Positions 29,590 through 43,396 of a stretch of DNA of 64,000 nt are shown here, in pieces. The notes beneath the pieces are model-generated. The model searched no databases, was not told where the DNA came from, and saw only the letters and a list, made by a program, of their open reading frames with translations. Source of the stretch: Octopus vulgaris (lineage: Eukaryota). The stretch spans positions 71,796,001 through 71,860,000 of the forward strand of contig OX597818.1 in the NCBI GenBank assembly GCA_951406725.2. Reading direction: 5' to 3'. Position numbers and translations under genes: made by a program. Each line of letters starts with the position of its first letter. Positions within the stretch are counted from its first letter, which is position 1.

Positions 29590-29795
29590 AGAATCGTTAG
29601 TACGCCGGGTAAAATGCTTAGTATCATTTTGCCTGTCTACGTTCTGAGTTCAAATTCAGCCGAGATCCACTTCACCTCCATCCTTTCGGGGGGGGGGGCG
29701 ATGAAGCAAGTACCAGTTGAGCACTGGGATCGATGTAATCAACTTACCCCTCCCTCGAAATTGCCGGCCTTGTACCAAAATTTGAAGCCATTATT
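29590..29795 (+). mobile_element. SINE family B copy
   Basis: Body match, with the tail ...CCAAAATTTGAAGCCA. Confidence 0.75.
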
Positions 29796-30214
29796 ATTAT
29801 TATGTTTGTTGTTGTTGTTCGCTTTGCTCAACTGAGAAAGACATAAATCTTTCCTTACATCTTATTTCAATATTTCACTTCCTGTTTATCCTTATAATCT
29901 ATGACCCGTTTCCATTTTCTTCTCCAGCTTCCTTCCGCCCACTTAACTCTCTTCGTCTCTCTCTCTCTTGTTCTCTTTTTCTTGTTCTCTCTCTCTCTCG
30001 TTCTCTCTAACTTTCTGCCAGTCACATCTCTCATCCTTTTCCTCTCTTTATCTCTCTCTCTCTCTCTCTCTCTCTGTCTTTTTGCTTATACCCCTGTTTC
30101 TCTTCATCATCTATCTTATTCTGTTACTTCTTTCTCTCATTGCATTTTATTTGTTTATCTTCTTCCATCTCTCTCTCCCTCCCTCCCTCCTTCTCTCCTA
30201 CTCTCCAGATCCCT

Positions 30215-30258
<44 letters not shown>

Positions 30259-30663
30259 GGCTGTCTGTCTGGGTGTCTGTCTGTCTGGGTGTCTGTCTGT
30301 CTGGGTGTCTGTCTGTCTGGGTGTCTGTCTGTCTGGGTGTCTGTCTTCTTCCCTCTCAACCTCCTCCCTTTCTCTGACCATAAAATTATCTTTATGTTCA
30401 TCTAAATCTCTCTGACCGCCTCCACTACATATCCTTCGCCTTCCTCGTCCCATTTAACAAATTTGCATATTTTCCGTGTCATATAATAACATCATACTTG
30501 ATTTAAGAGATAAAAATTTGTGTTTTTGATTATATAGAAGCTATGTTTATATATGCAAATGTAGACATGTTTAAAGGATGTATGTGTATATATATAGATA
30601 TATGTTGATAGATAGATAGATAGGTACATGTGTATGTACGTATATATATATATATATATGTAC

Positions 30664-30732
<69 letters not shown>

Positions 30733-30733
<1 letters not shown>

Positions 30734-31140
30734 TGGCGAGCTGGTAGAAACGTTAGCACGCCGGGAGAAATGCTTAGCAGTATTTCGTCTGCCGCTATGT
30801 TCTGAGTTCAAATTCCGCCGAGTCGACTTTGCCTTTCATCCTTTCGGGGTCGATTAAATAAGTACCAGTTACGCACTGGGGTCGATATAATCAACTTAAT
30901 ACGTTTGTCTGTCCTTGTTTGTCCTCTCTGTGTTTAGCCCCTTGTGGGTAGTAAAGAAATAGGTATTTCGTCTGCCGTTACGTTCTGATTTCAAATTCCA
31001 CCGATGTCGACTTCGCCTTTATCCTTTCGGTGTCGATAAATTAAGTAACAGTTACGCACTGGGGTCGATATAATCAACTTAATCCGTTTATCTGTCTTTG
31101 TTTGTCCTCTCTATGTTTAGCCTCTTGTGGGCAATAAAGA

Positions 31141-31144
<4 letters not shown>
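30733..31144 (+). mobile_element. SINE family B head-to-tail dimer (second unit 5'-truncated)
   Basis: Unit 1 ends AGTAAAGAAATA at ~30961; unit 2 restarts at GGTATTTCGTCTGCC. Confidence 0.85.
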
Positions 31145-31220
<76 letters not shown>

Positions 31221-31269
31221 GTATGCATATATGTCTATACGCTCATGTGTATCAGTTTACATTTTACTA

Positions 31270-31392
31270 CGGTTTGGTCGGCCCGAAGCTATAGTAAGAA
31301 GACATTTACCCAAGTTTCCCCGCAATGGGACTGAACCCGGAGCCATGTGGTTGGGAAGCAAGCTACTTACCACACAGCCACGACTGTGCCTA
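31270..31392 (-). mobile_element. SINE family A head
   Basis: Matches 27800-27913. Confidence 0.75.
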
Positions 31393-31410
31393 TTATAGTA
31401 GACTTTAAAT

Positions 31411-31606
31411 CAGTGGTTCCCAACCACTTTTTGTCCATGGGCCCCTTTGTTTCCTATTTCACATTACTTGACCCCATAGCTATTTGAAGTTTTAAAATTT
31501 CCCATTATAAATTGTTAAGATATTGTGTCTTGTAAAAGTATAACTGATTTATGACACGTAATATTTAACACCCAGATCTTATATGGATCCCGGTAGAGAA
31601 ACATTG
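31411..31606. mobile_element. hAT MITE, same family as 3020-3274
   Basis: Starts CAGTGGTTCCCAACC, similar interior, imperfect 8-bp TSD CTTTAAAT/CTTTAGAC. Confidence 0.7.
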
Positions 31607-31983
31607 CTTTAGACCCATGTTCATAGTGTAAGAAAGTTCTTAGATTTTACTTAATTAGTTTAGTTGCCAAAAGTTTGATCTCAGTTATCTATTCTTCCGA
31701 GGGCTTTACATGTACTGGATTAAAGTTGTTTCTTTTTATAATTAATACTCGCATTTTCTAAATTTGCTTCGTAGCCTATCGGTTCGACAGAAAGAGATCG
31801 ATTGAATGAGTAGCACTCTTAAACAAGTACTGGGGTCAATATAATTGACTAAACCCTTAAATGCGGTGCCTGAGCATGACCGAACATTTCCGATCGTTTC
31901 CCAACGAAATGAAAGTAGCAAAAAAGAAAAAACGAAAATGTAAGTGCTTGTATGATTAAGCCGACAAGTACATATGAAGACTT

Positions 31984-32022
<39 letters not shown>

Positions 32023-32239
32023 TTTCTTTATTCACCATAAGGTTGAGAAAAAGAGGGGACAAAACAAACGTTGGGGTCAGGGTATCGAATGAGACGAAAC
32101 ATGAATAAACAAACAATTAATATATATACAATTAAATGAGAATGAGTGATTAACAAAAAATGAAGCGGAGGACGCGGTCGACCCCACAAACCACATACTC
32201 ACACTGAAGACTTTGCCTTATCCTTTTTTACATTCTCGA

Positions 32240-35200
32240 TTAAATAGGTTCTTTCACTCGCAACATACTTGCTATAGACTTCCATCTTTTACGAAACACA
32301 CTTTGCGACAGGCATTTCTTCTCCAGCCTTATTTTCCGTTTCATGTGGAAAACGAAAAAGTCGATTAGCTCGAGACTGGAGATAAACATGCCTGTTGCAA
32401 TTCCTTTTACTCTCGTCTTCCACACTACTTCTTTCGCCATAGCAACTACCGAAAGAAAACAGGCTCGCTCCTCCCTATTCAGGAAGGTCGGCGGAACTAT
32501 CTTAATTACAGATTCGCTCGACAGTTGTACTCTTCTCGAATGCGACAGCAGGTGTTCGACATAAGTCCAGAGTTCAGTCACCTTGGGGCATTGCACAATC
32601 GCGTGCAGGACAGTTTCACTGTCCCTCTTACATCTTGCACAAACCGGCGAAGGTGCACACCCATGTCTAAAGAGCTTATCTCGAACCGGTAAAGCTCCTC
32701 TGTAACATTGCCAGGCCAGGGACTTTTGGTAATTATCCATAGGCCCCGGACCGAATGTTCTTTGGAACAGGCTGGCCAGTTGATTTTCGTCGAAGCCCAG
32801 AGTTTCTCCTAGGACGTCGTCACACTTAAACTCTACTAACCCTCTATAGAAGAACGCGGTAGTAGCCCCGCCACCGGCGTTGCCCGACTGGGAGAGAAGC
32901 ACGAGTGCCTGATAGCACTCTGCATGCCACATGCCCAACCTCGGTCTACACTTGATCCATGGGTTCAGTTCGTTAAACGATGTGAACTGTGGAAATAACA
33001 GCTTGACAAACGGAGACCACACCTGCTCACCGTCCAGGTAAATCCAGAGGTGCCTAAGCCTGAGCGCATGTCTGCGCATTTTTAGCCACGGCATCCCTAA
33101 CCCACCGTTCAGCGGCTTTTGGCAGCAAATAGAGCGCCTTACAAGAGGTCTGCTGCCCCTCCACAAAAAGCGAAAGAGCATGCGTTCCAGTTTGTTCAGC
33201 CACGAATCGGGGCAAGGCACTACAGGTTAGGCGGTAAGTGATTACAGAGGCGATAAACACTTCTGCAACCTCCGCCTTCCCTTTCAAGGACAGATTCCGT
33301 TCAGACCATGTCTGAGTTAGGAGAGCCACCTTTCTCGCCACCTCGCTCCAATTCTTCTCTATCTGGAGATCTGGACCTAACCAGATCCCAAGCATTTTCA
33401 CCGGTCCTTCCGTCCAACGTCCTACGACGCTGTCGGAAGACATCGACTTGCCCCTCCAGGTGCCGAGTTGCAAGCCGACCGATTTATCCCGGTTGACTTT
33501 CGCTCCTGCCACCGCTTCGTAGTCCCTTAAGGCCTCACCCACCCACTGTAGGTGCTCGACTCGGGAAACGATGACGGTGATGTCGTCCGCATACGCCGAA
33601 GCTGACTTTCCGCACCCTAGATCTTGCGGGGTGCCTCTCATAGTTTCCAACCTCCTCAGCAACGGCTCGAGGGCCAAAACGTAGAGAAGCGGGGAGAGAG
33701 GACACCCTTGACGTACCGAACGTTCAATGCTGAACGGCTCCGAAAGGAAACCATTTACCCGAACTACCGATTCGATGTTGCTGTATAAAGCGATGATCCA
33801 TCCGCGGAAGGTCGGGCCGAAGCCAGCCGCCGCGAGGACCGCCGCCAGATACTGATGGTCCACCCTATCAAACGCTTTCGATTGGTCCAAGTGGACCATA
33901 GCCCCACCCTTGCCAGGAATCCTATTTACCCTTTCTAAGGCATAGCGTAGAAAGTGGAGATTGTCGTGGATGGTCCTTCCAGGGATGGCGCAAGTTTGCG
34001 CCTCGCCAACAAGTTCACCCACGACCCTTGCCAACCTTTTTGCTAAGACCTTGGCCAAGATCTTCAACTCTGCGTTAAGCAGAGTGATAGGCCGGAAATT
34101 ATCAATTAAATCCCCCTTGTTTGGGTCCTTTCTTAACAACGCTACCACCCCTCGGCTCACAGACTTAGGAATTCTCCCGTTCTGCTGCCAGTTGGTGTAC
34201 ACGCATGCAAGTAGGTGCCCAAACAAGTCTGGCATGCTACTATAGAGTTCGTAAGGCAGACCATCGAGTCCCGGCGATTTGTCCCCGCCGCATTCTGCCA
34301 ACATATCCTCGACTTCTTTGGCTGTGATCGGCGCCTCACAAGATTCCGCGTCCGGCCCCGATAGACGCGGCGAACCGGCTAGGAAGTCTGCGAGCTTCTC
34401 CCCGCGCTCCAGCTCGCCGCTCCTCCCGAATAGCTGGGCGAAATGATCATGAAACACCTTGCACATCTCCTCGGGTTCGTTTACTAATCGACCATTTGGG
34501 CCCGTCAAGGATCGAATGGTTGAGTTGTTGCCACGCTGGCCCTCTACCACCCGGGCCCATCCGGCTGCGTTGATCCCTTCCTGTCTCATTGCACGGATCT
34601 TAGCCCTAATAATGCACCCTTCATGTTTAGCTTGGAGATGTTGGTCTAGTGCTAACCTCGCCGCTAACACTTTCGATGCACAGCCTGACCTCATTGCCTC
34701 CTCTATAGCCTTAACTAGTTCCTTTTCTACTTTGTTTCTAGCACTAGCTAGTTCTTTGCTAAACCTAATTGACTCAAATTTGATGGCTCTTTTCAGGGCG
34801 TACCACCATTTATTGTTGATAATGGATCCGGTTAACGCCCTCATTACTAATTGTTTAATCCGATTCCTGTAGGCTTCACAGTCCAATAGTGACTTGTTTA
34901 GCTTCCAGTAGCCGGTACCTCGTCTACACATGCTATCTATGTCGAACGTACAGGTCACTAATTTGTGATCGCTGTAGCTGACGATATGGTGTTGTGGACA
35001 GCTAAGTATTTTCTTATCTTTCCTTCTAGTTATGATTCTATCGATATAAGATCTGGACGACCCGTCGTTTCTTGCCCAGGTCCACTCTGGAATGTCTGGA
35101 TGGTCCAGTCTGAATCTATCTGCCAATTCGAAACGACTTAGCATATCGTTGAGGTGAGGTAATCCCCTCGTATTTTTTTCTTGAGCCAACATAATCTACG

Positions 35201-35658
35201 CTTGCATCGCAAATTATGTTGAAGTCACCTAGCAATACTAACGTGTTCGACGTGCCAAGAAAATTCTCTAGGCTTTTGAAATACTCTTTCTGCCCGGCTT
35301 TTCCTTCGCAGGGAGCATAGACAGCGACCAGCCTGAACACTTTACCACTGCTGTGCGTCACATCCAAAACGACCAACCTGCCTTCCGGATCTATAAAGAC
35401 AGTTCTAATCTCTAAATCCAGGTTTTTCCTGACCAGCACTGCCACTCCTCCTCCCCCTCCAGGTCGACAGGGAGAAATGTATTTCTCGTAGCCGTTTAGA
35501 AGGGGCGAAAAAGCCTGCAGCCCACTCAGTCTGGATTCGGTAATTACCACTACATCCAAACGATGCGACCTAAGGTCGTTAAGGAGGTAGCCTTGCTTCC
35601 AATACGACCCCAGGCCGCGAATATTTATACAACCGAGTTTAAACGAGAATGTGAAAAT
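32240..35658 (-). pseudogene. Tx1 ORF2 (APE endonuclease + RT + CCHC), two frameshifts near 35175 and 33220
   Basis: NIRGL, AVYAP, LGDFN, SYIDRI, SDH, YWKLN, KSPGLDG, FRPITLLN, QGCPLSP, YADD, C..C...ETVLHAIVQC. Confidence 0.92.
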
Positions 35659-35677
35659 TTAGTTGAATGTTTAAAAC

Positions 35678-37291
35678 TTACTGTTTTAACGGAAGAGAGG
35701 GTGTAGTTTCACCCTCATCTTTTCTGTCTGTGAGTGTTGTGTTTTGCGAGGTCAGTTTTTTTGCGAATTGCTTGTACAGATGGCTTGAAAAGTTCATCTG
35801 TAACGGGCCTACGTCCTCCGCAAAAGATTTTTTAATTTCAAAATAATCCTCGTTATCTATCGTATAAAATTCTACATTTTCGGATATAATACTATTTATA
35901 TCTGTTGCGATATATTTTTTCGCCGATTTCAGTAAATTAATTTTTTCCCTTAATGGGTTATTGTTTTTATTTATCGCCGTGAAGGTGTTTCTTTTTTTTG
36001 TTAGGTGATTGTGGAGGGGGCTGTGTGTGTGTGTTTGTGGGTGTGTGTGTGCTTGTAGAAGCGTGGGTGTCTGTAGGTGTGTGCGTGCTTGTGGTAGGTG
36101 TGTGAGTGTTTGTGTGTGCTTTTTCCAGTGTGTGTGTTTTTTTGGCTACGTGTGTGTTTGCGACTGTATTTGTGGGTGTGGGTGTGCTTGTCTGTGTCAG
36201 AGTATAGTCCTGTGTATCCGAAGAGGGTGGATTTTTCCGTTTCCGTCTTCTTTTTGAAGCTTCCACGTTGACCCACTCCTGGATGTTGTTGATGTTGTTG
36301 TCATCGTTTTTGTCGTTGTTTTCTCCCGTTGTCGGCTGAATTTCGGCAATTGGGGTGCGCGACGTGGCTGCTATTTCTAGCGGTGAAGTTGTTTTCGGCG
36401 TCGTGCTTGCCTCTGTAGTATTTTCTTTCGCTGTCTTCTTGCAGCTCGACCGTATGTGGCCTTTCTCGCCACATTTATAGCATCTCGGTTTTCTTCCTCG
36501 ACTATTACCATCAAGGTGGTATCTCCAATGGTGAGGGAGCTTGGCAATTTTTCCAAGTCCGAGGGGTTCGCTTGGATCACAAGCTCTAAGTCCTGTCCAT
36601 ACCAGGTTGTGGGGCGATATCTTTTAGACTGAAGAATGGCAATTTCTTCCTCTTTGCCTAAGAGAATCGCTGCTGTTATAAAATCCACCTCGATTTCGGG
36701 CGGAATGTCCGTAACCGTTATTCTACTAGTTCTCATTCCTAAATAAAATGGTAAAAGAACTACCTCTTCCGACTTCAACGTTCTTGTTGAATGTTCCCTA
36801 GCTATTTCTTCGCTAGGGAAACGCACCTCTACCGTGCCGAAGCGACTACCCCTTGTTATAAATGTAGTTTGTTGCCATATCGGCCTCAAACATTTTTCAA
36901 TGGCTTCTCTCTGTACGAAGTCAATTTTCTTATTTTTGACATTATACGTCTTGTATATGACAGTTTTTCTCTCCGTCGCGTAAATCAATTCACTGGGAGG
37001 GAACAACTTCACATTATCACCTTCTTTTTTTAGTAGTCCTTGGTATTTCTTTAATTCTTCCTTGTTGATGACTATATTTTCACAGGGGCGAGTTGCTGCA
37101 CTCGCAAAATTTATTTTTGCCTTTTCTTGTCGTTTACTAACTTCGCCAGACATATTGTCGTCTGCTTTTGTGACGCTCGCGTGAGACGTCTCTTTACTTC
37201 TACCTTCCTCCTCCCGCATTTTCGCCTTCATGCCTTCAAACAAATTTTCAACGTTTTCCTCCGACTCGGAGGAGACTGGTTGCAAATTCAT
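35678..37291 (-). pseudogene. Tx1 ORF1 (gag-like, zinc knuckle), frameshifted
   Basis: ATG at 37291. After a frameshift near 36495 the sequence reads RCYKCGEKGHIRSSC (CX2CX4HX4C). Thr-rich (CA)-like linker; probable stop at 35678-35680. Confidence 0.8.
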
Positions 37292-37451
37292 GTCTTTTCG
37301 TCACTTCCCCCTTGAAACAAGGGGGGAAAGAACAGCAAAGCTCTGCTGCAACAGCAGAAAAGAAGTGGCCTCGACGACCAAAACAGCAAATTTTCAAACT
37401 TTTCAGCACAAAAACAATCTTTCACTGCGGAGCAAAGAATAACACGACCGA

Positions 37452-37489
<38 letters not shown>

Positions 37490-37679
37490 AGGAGAGTGAA
37501 ATAGTGTTTGATAATGCAATGTACTAAGTATACATTTTTATAAAGTTAAGGCGAGTGAACACATTTGCAGCTATTTTAAATATTTATTTAAATACCGTAT
37601 AATCCGTCTATCATATTGTACTATCTCTGATTCATCGTCATCTCAAAGCTTTATCAAGAAATGTTCTTACAAGGATTCT

Positions 37680-37694
<15 letters not shown>

Positions 37695-37711
<17 letters not shown>

Positions 37712-37828
37712 TCCATGCATATGTGTACACACATACATACACACACATGTTTACATATGTATCTATGTATCTATCAATTTATCAAAGCTGTCTGTCTGTC
37801 TGTTTGCCTGTCTGTCTGTCTGTCTCTC

Positions 37829-37872
<44 letters not shown>

Positions 37873-37990
37873 ATGCATATGTGTACACACATACATACAC
37901 ACACATGTTTACATATGTATCTATGTATCTATCAATTTATCAAAGCTGTCTGTCTGTCTGTTTGCCTGTCTGTCTGTCTGTCTGTCTCTC

Positions 37991-38030
<40 letters not shown>
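37695..38030. repeat. ~165-bp tandem duplication of a compound microsatellite block
   Basis: 'atccatgcatatgtgtacac...ctctctaatata' occurs twice. Confidence 0.85.
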
Positions 38031-38033
<3 letters not shown>

Positions 38034-38099
38034 TGTATGTATGTATGTATGTATATATTTTGACTTAGATCTGCTTTACTTAGTCTGACATACAAAAGA

Positions 38100-38905
38100 A
38101 AAAGGGCTAGTCGTTCGGATGCGATGATGGTATGAAGCGAGGCAGCACCAGTTTCTACACAAGGTTGGTTGTCTTTGGATCATGCATAAACGTCGTTCCT
38201 ATTAGATAGTATCAGTTACATGATGGAACGACTACAAGGTGTAGCAAGTACTAGATGTAGTAGTAAGTGTTACTATGATGAATGGCGACAATTCTGGTGC
38301 AATTTCTTTAGGAAAAGTAGTGAATTTGAAAATTTCAGAAAAAAAATATTGCAAAATATATTGTTAAATTTATGGAATAGTGTCAACTATGGCTTAAAAT
38401 TAATGAGCTTCTTTGGCGATGGTAATATGTAAGATTAGTCTTCTTGTAAAGACAACGAACTTTTGCACTAAGTAAAGTTTATCATAGAGACTAAGACAGC
38501 AGCTAGGTGCATAGGTGAATAAAACAGCACCTTGTGGAGAAACTCTATTTTGTTGTTGCTAAATCTGAAGGTCTGAGTCCTGCCTATGACCATTGCAAGT
38601 CTTCCGAGTCCAGTGAGTTTGATGCCGTTAATGTTTCGATTAAAATGTTGCAGGACAATACTTGCAGGAAAGATATGACAAAAGAAGATTCCAGCTGGAT
38701 GATGATCTGGAGATGAAGAACTGGAAATAGTATTAAGTGCGGGTCCAGGATGGTTGATCTCAACGAAGATGACGAGAGATGAAGAAATGAATAAATTAGT
38801 GTGCCTGGTGTAAGTAGGAAACAACCAGCTCCAAAAATATACGCTATTATAGCAGTGTTAGGAGATAGATATAGATAGACAGACAGGCAATTAAATAGAT
38901 AAATA

Positions 38906-38966
<61 letters not shown>

Positions 38967-39620
38967 TGAGAGAGAGAAATAGAGAGGAGAGAGCATGTCT
39001 GGAGACTAAAGGCTGGAGCGTGTCAGTGATTTAACGTCAATCGGTCGACTGATCATTCTCTCGATGCAGTCCAAGATACTGTGCATAACAGTAGCATTGT
39101 CTCACTGCAGACCACACTTGGACCCTGTAGAATGTCAGCAGCTGTTGGGGCTAAAATATTTCCTGGCACTGAAGAAAAGAACTAGTCTTTAGGATATAGT
39201 CCTAGGATATACTCAGGATATACTTTCGTCAGATAAGATCCTTGGTGATAGTGAGGCCCAATATTTGGAACGACAGTGAGGGCATAAACCGTGTGATGTT
39301 TATGTTAAGGGATGCGTGGCCTAGTGGTGCATTCTTGATATGAATGGTGCTCGAGATTTTGTTCTCGTTAAAGCAAACAAATTTGGCATGGCCTCAAATA
39401 CGAATGCTCTCAAGGTCACCGTTTATGGTGGTATCAATCCATGGTTTGGCCTCTGGCGTCTGGGTTGCTTGTGGGTGATGCATTTTAGGGGAATGTCAGC
39501 GGGGATGAGGAGCCGTGTCTTTCACATAAGAGTTGGACGAGGCAGAAAGAAGGTTATTGATATATAATAGAAAGAACTGAAAGAGGGTCAGAACCGAACC
39601 TTGGTGAACACAAGACTTAG
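38100..39620 (-). mobile_element. Old CR1/L2-group LINE fragments
   Basis: 'VHQGSVL..F.LYINNL' near 39550-39612; homology to 24620-25380. Confidence 0.55.
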
Positions 39621-39630
39621 TTGACAATAT

Positions 39631-39702
<72 letters not shown>

Positions 39703-39989
39703 TTGTGTATATGTGATTATACTTGTATATTTCTTGAAATTTAAAACGCACCGTACACACACACACACACACACACACACTCTAACTCACACACATAAAT
39801 ACAGGTACGCGAGCACACACGCATACATACACACGCATGCACAAGTAGGAATGGATGCACCCAAATGAACAACAATTTTATGGTTCTGCACTTATGAGGT
39901 GCATTTATGGATTGTATCTATAGTGTAGCATAATTTATTACCGAATACTGAAACATATGTAACAGATCTAATAAAGGAATACCGAATTC

Positions 39990-40330
39990 AAGCTCATGTT
40001 CCTTTCTCTCATTTTATATATCTTAGCTCTTAGATCCTCCAGAGCTGTTAGCACAACGTGCAACAAGCCTTCTCCAGACATCCTTATTGCTCGTCTTTCT
40101 CCTGGGTCTACTCGGGCCAACTCTCATCGCTATCATGCCCTCCTAGAATGTACTGCGTCACGTCTTCCTTGGTATTCCTCTCAGTCTCTTTCTTCTCCCG
40201 CCGCCCACTCCATCAGGATAGTAGCATGTCTCTCCTGTGGTAATCGAAGTACTTGGCCAATAAAGCGTATCCGCCACGGAGGCACTATGTCCTGCAAACT
40301 TTCCATGCATGTTCTTCTCATCACCTCATT
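39990..40330 (-). mobile_element. RTE-like LINE 3' fragment
   Basis: 'WRIRFIGQVLRLPQERHATILMEW'. Confidence 0.55.
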
Positions 40331-40489
40331 ATAGATATACATGCATACATAATCATACATATATGCATACATACATGCATACATACATATACATACATAC
40401 ATACATACATACATACATACATACATACATACATACATACATACACATACATACACATATATGTATGTGTCTGTGAGTGTGTTCAGGAT

Positions 40490-41090
40490 TAAATAAAAAG
40501 ACGACTAACGGAAAATATGACCTACCTATATTATACAAATAAAAAAACGTGTAGTAAATAAACGAACATATGCTAAATACACAGGCGGGCAGATTACATA
40601 GTTCATCAATTCTTCATCAGTTATCGGCCAAAGGGGTCAAACGCAATTTCAGCCATTATCGATAATATGCCACTCTGGAGGCAGCAACAAAAAACTTGTC
40701 GGGAACGAGACCTAAACATAAAACGAGACGGGCTCAAGACAAAACGATGAACAGAATAAAGGTTTAGGGCCACACGAAGACAACAATTAATAATGATAAT
40801 ACATATACAACAACAGCCTTGGGGCGGCGAGACAAGACAAAAACGGGTAACGCGAAGCAGAAATGAAAACTATCCTAAAGGCTTATACATGAGCGGCGTA
40901 GAGCGAGGAGCTCAGATAAATTTTTTGTAGTGGTTTCATGCATGCATAGCGTGGATTCGATCCTCGATTGCCAAATTTCACTTAACAGCGCTTTTCTCAC
41001 GGTAAAACAATAGTTTTTCTGTGAATGGCAAGTTATACATTTCCTAGATGCCTTCGCTAAGCAGAATAATGTCTTTGCCACTTGACCCTT
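40490..41090 (-). mobile_element. Possible PLE 3' remnant
   Basis: 'LAKASRKC..C...NLSELLA' resembles PLE C-termini; a downstream CTGATGA lies at 40614-40620. Confidence 0.35.
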
Positions 41091-42372
41091 TTAACCTCTT
41101 CTAGGCTACCAGGGGCTGGAATGGAGATAACAGACCTCCAACGAAATCATTTGTTCTCAATAATATGTCTATCCTTCTGGCTGCTTTTCGATAGTTATAT
41201 AAACAAGAACTCTGTAAACTAAAGGCAGTTACTGAGAGCGACCATCAGTGAGTGTGAACGTTATTATTGCACTTTCTTCATATCATTCTTAAACATTAAA
41301 CACTTCATTCATATATTTATATACATATATACTACATTTATACATTACCTTCATAAAATTCCGCTTTAAAATAACATGACGAGTTAGAGTACTTTCTCGC
41401 CAACCTCCGAGAACGTCACTCGCAAGTATTGCAAGGTAGATGATCACCTGACTGCGTGACACACCGTATTTGATGATATATGAGGTGAACAATTTTTGCT
41501 CCCCCGCCCGAAAAAATGTTTCAAAAATCTACCCAACTCCTATAAACAAAGCTGTGCCTTCCATAAGCAAATTTTGTCATTGACGCGCACTACTATAGGC
41601 TAATTTTAAGCCAGGCAGTCTCTCCTACTTAGTCTTTCTTCATGATAATACTTACAAGAGCTAAGATCCTTTTGTAATGTTCTGTAATGTACCGATTGCT
41701 TCAAATTTACATGCTTTAATGCGCTAAAAAGATTTTCCTGAATATGCACATTTGAAATTGGAGTACGTGTAATATTCTTGCACTTCTTTTATACGATCAA
41801 ATACAATACTTTACGTTATCTAGTTTCGGTCCTTTATTACTACACCTTTCAACTTCATGAATCGAAACCCCGTTGAGGGGAATGTGTTCGAGATATCTCT
41901 TCGACAGAGATCAAGAGAATTTAAAAAAAACAAAAAAACATTTTTACTGGCCAGAAGGAGGCGGTTTAATTATAGTATCTACCCTTCGCGGTGTGGTGGG
42001 TTAGATAAATTACCAAAAATGCATGGTTGTAGGTTTGTCTTACATTAATTTTTTTATCATAAATACTGTATAGTGCTTCTATTAATTCATTCAGGTTACC
42101 AACACTTGCACTATTATACAAAATTTGAGTTGACCTATTGAATTTGATCGGAGTTTGTCTACAAAATAGATAGCTATAAGTTACTATTCTCTGTGTGGCC
42201 AGGAAAATCCTTTCTTTTTTTTACGAAGCAGTAACCATTGAAATTAATCGGATAGATTTCTTTTACCTGACCACAGACAGAATACCTTGTGGTTTAACCT
42301 CAGTACGTACCTTTCACAAGGACGTTTAAAATGTGTGTTCACTAAATGGAATTCGTGAATTTACATTACTGC

Positions 42373-43396
<1,024 letters not shown>

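Larger units (their letters stand above)
32021..37455 (-). mobile_element. Full-length L1/Tx1-clade LINE inserted in (GA)n
   Basis: 5' UTR, ORF1, ORF2 and 3' UTR are all present; (GA)n on both sides (31986-32020 and 37458-37485). Confidence 0.92.

Noticed and set aside
40590-40660. Minus-strand CTGATGA near a PLE remnant
   Set aside because: No properly placed GAAA or stem II.
41565-41635. Short dispersed similarities (41565-41635 with 49748-49820; 41080-41230 with 26543-26690)
   Set aside because: Probably fragments of unclassified repeats; not enough structure to assign.
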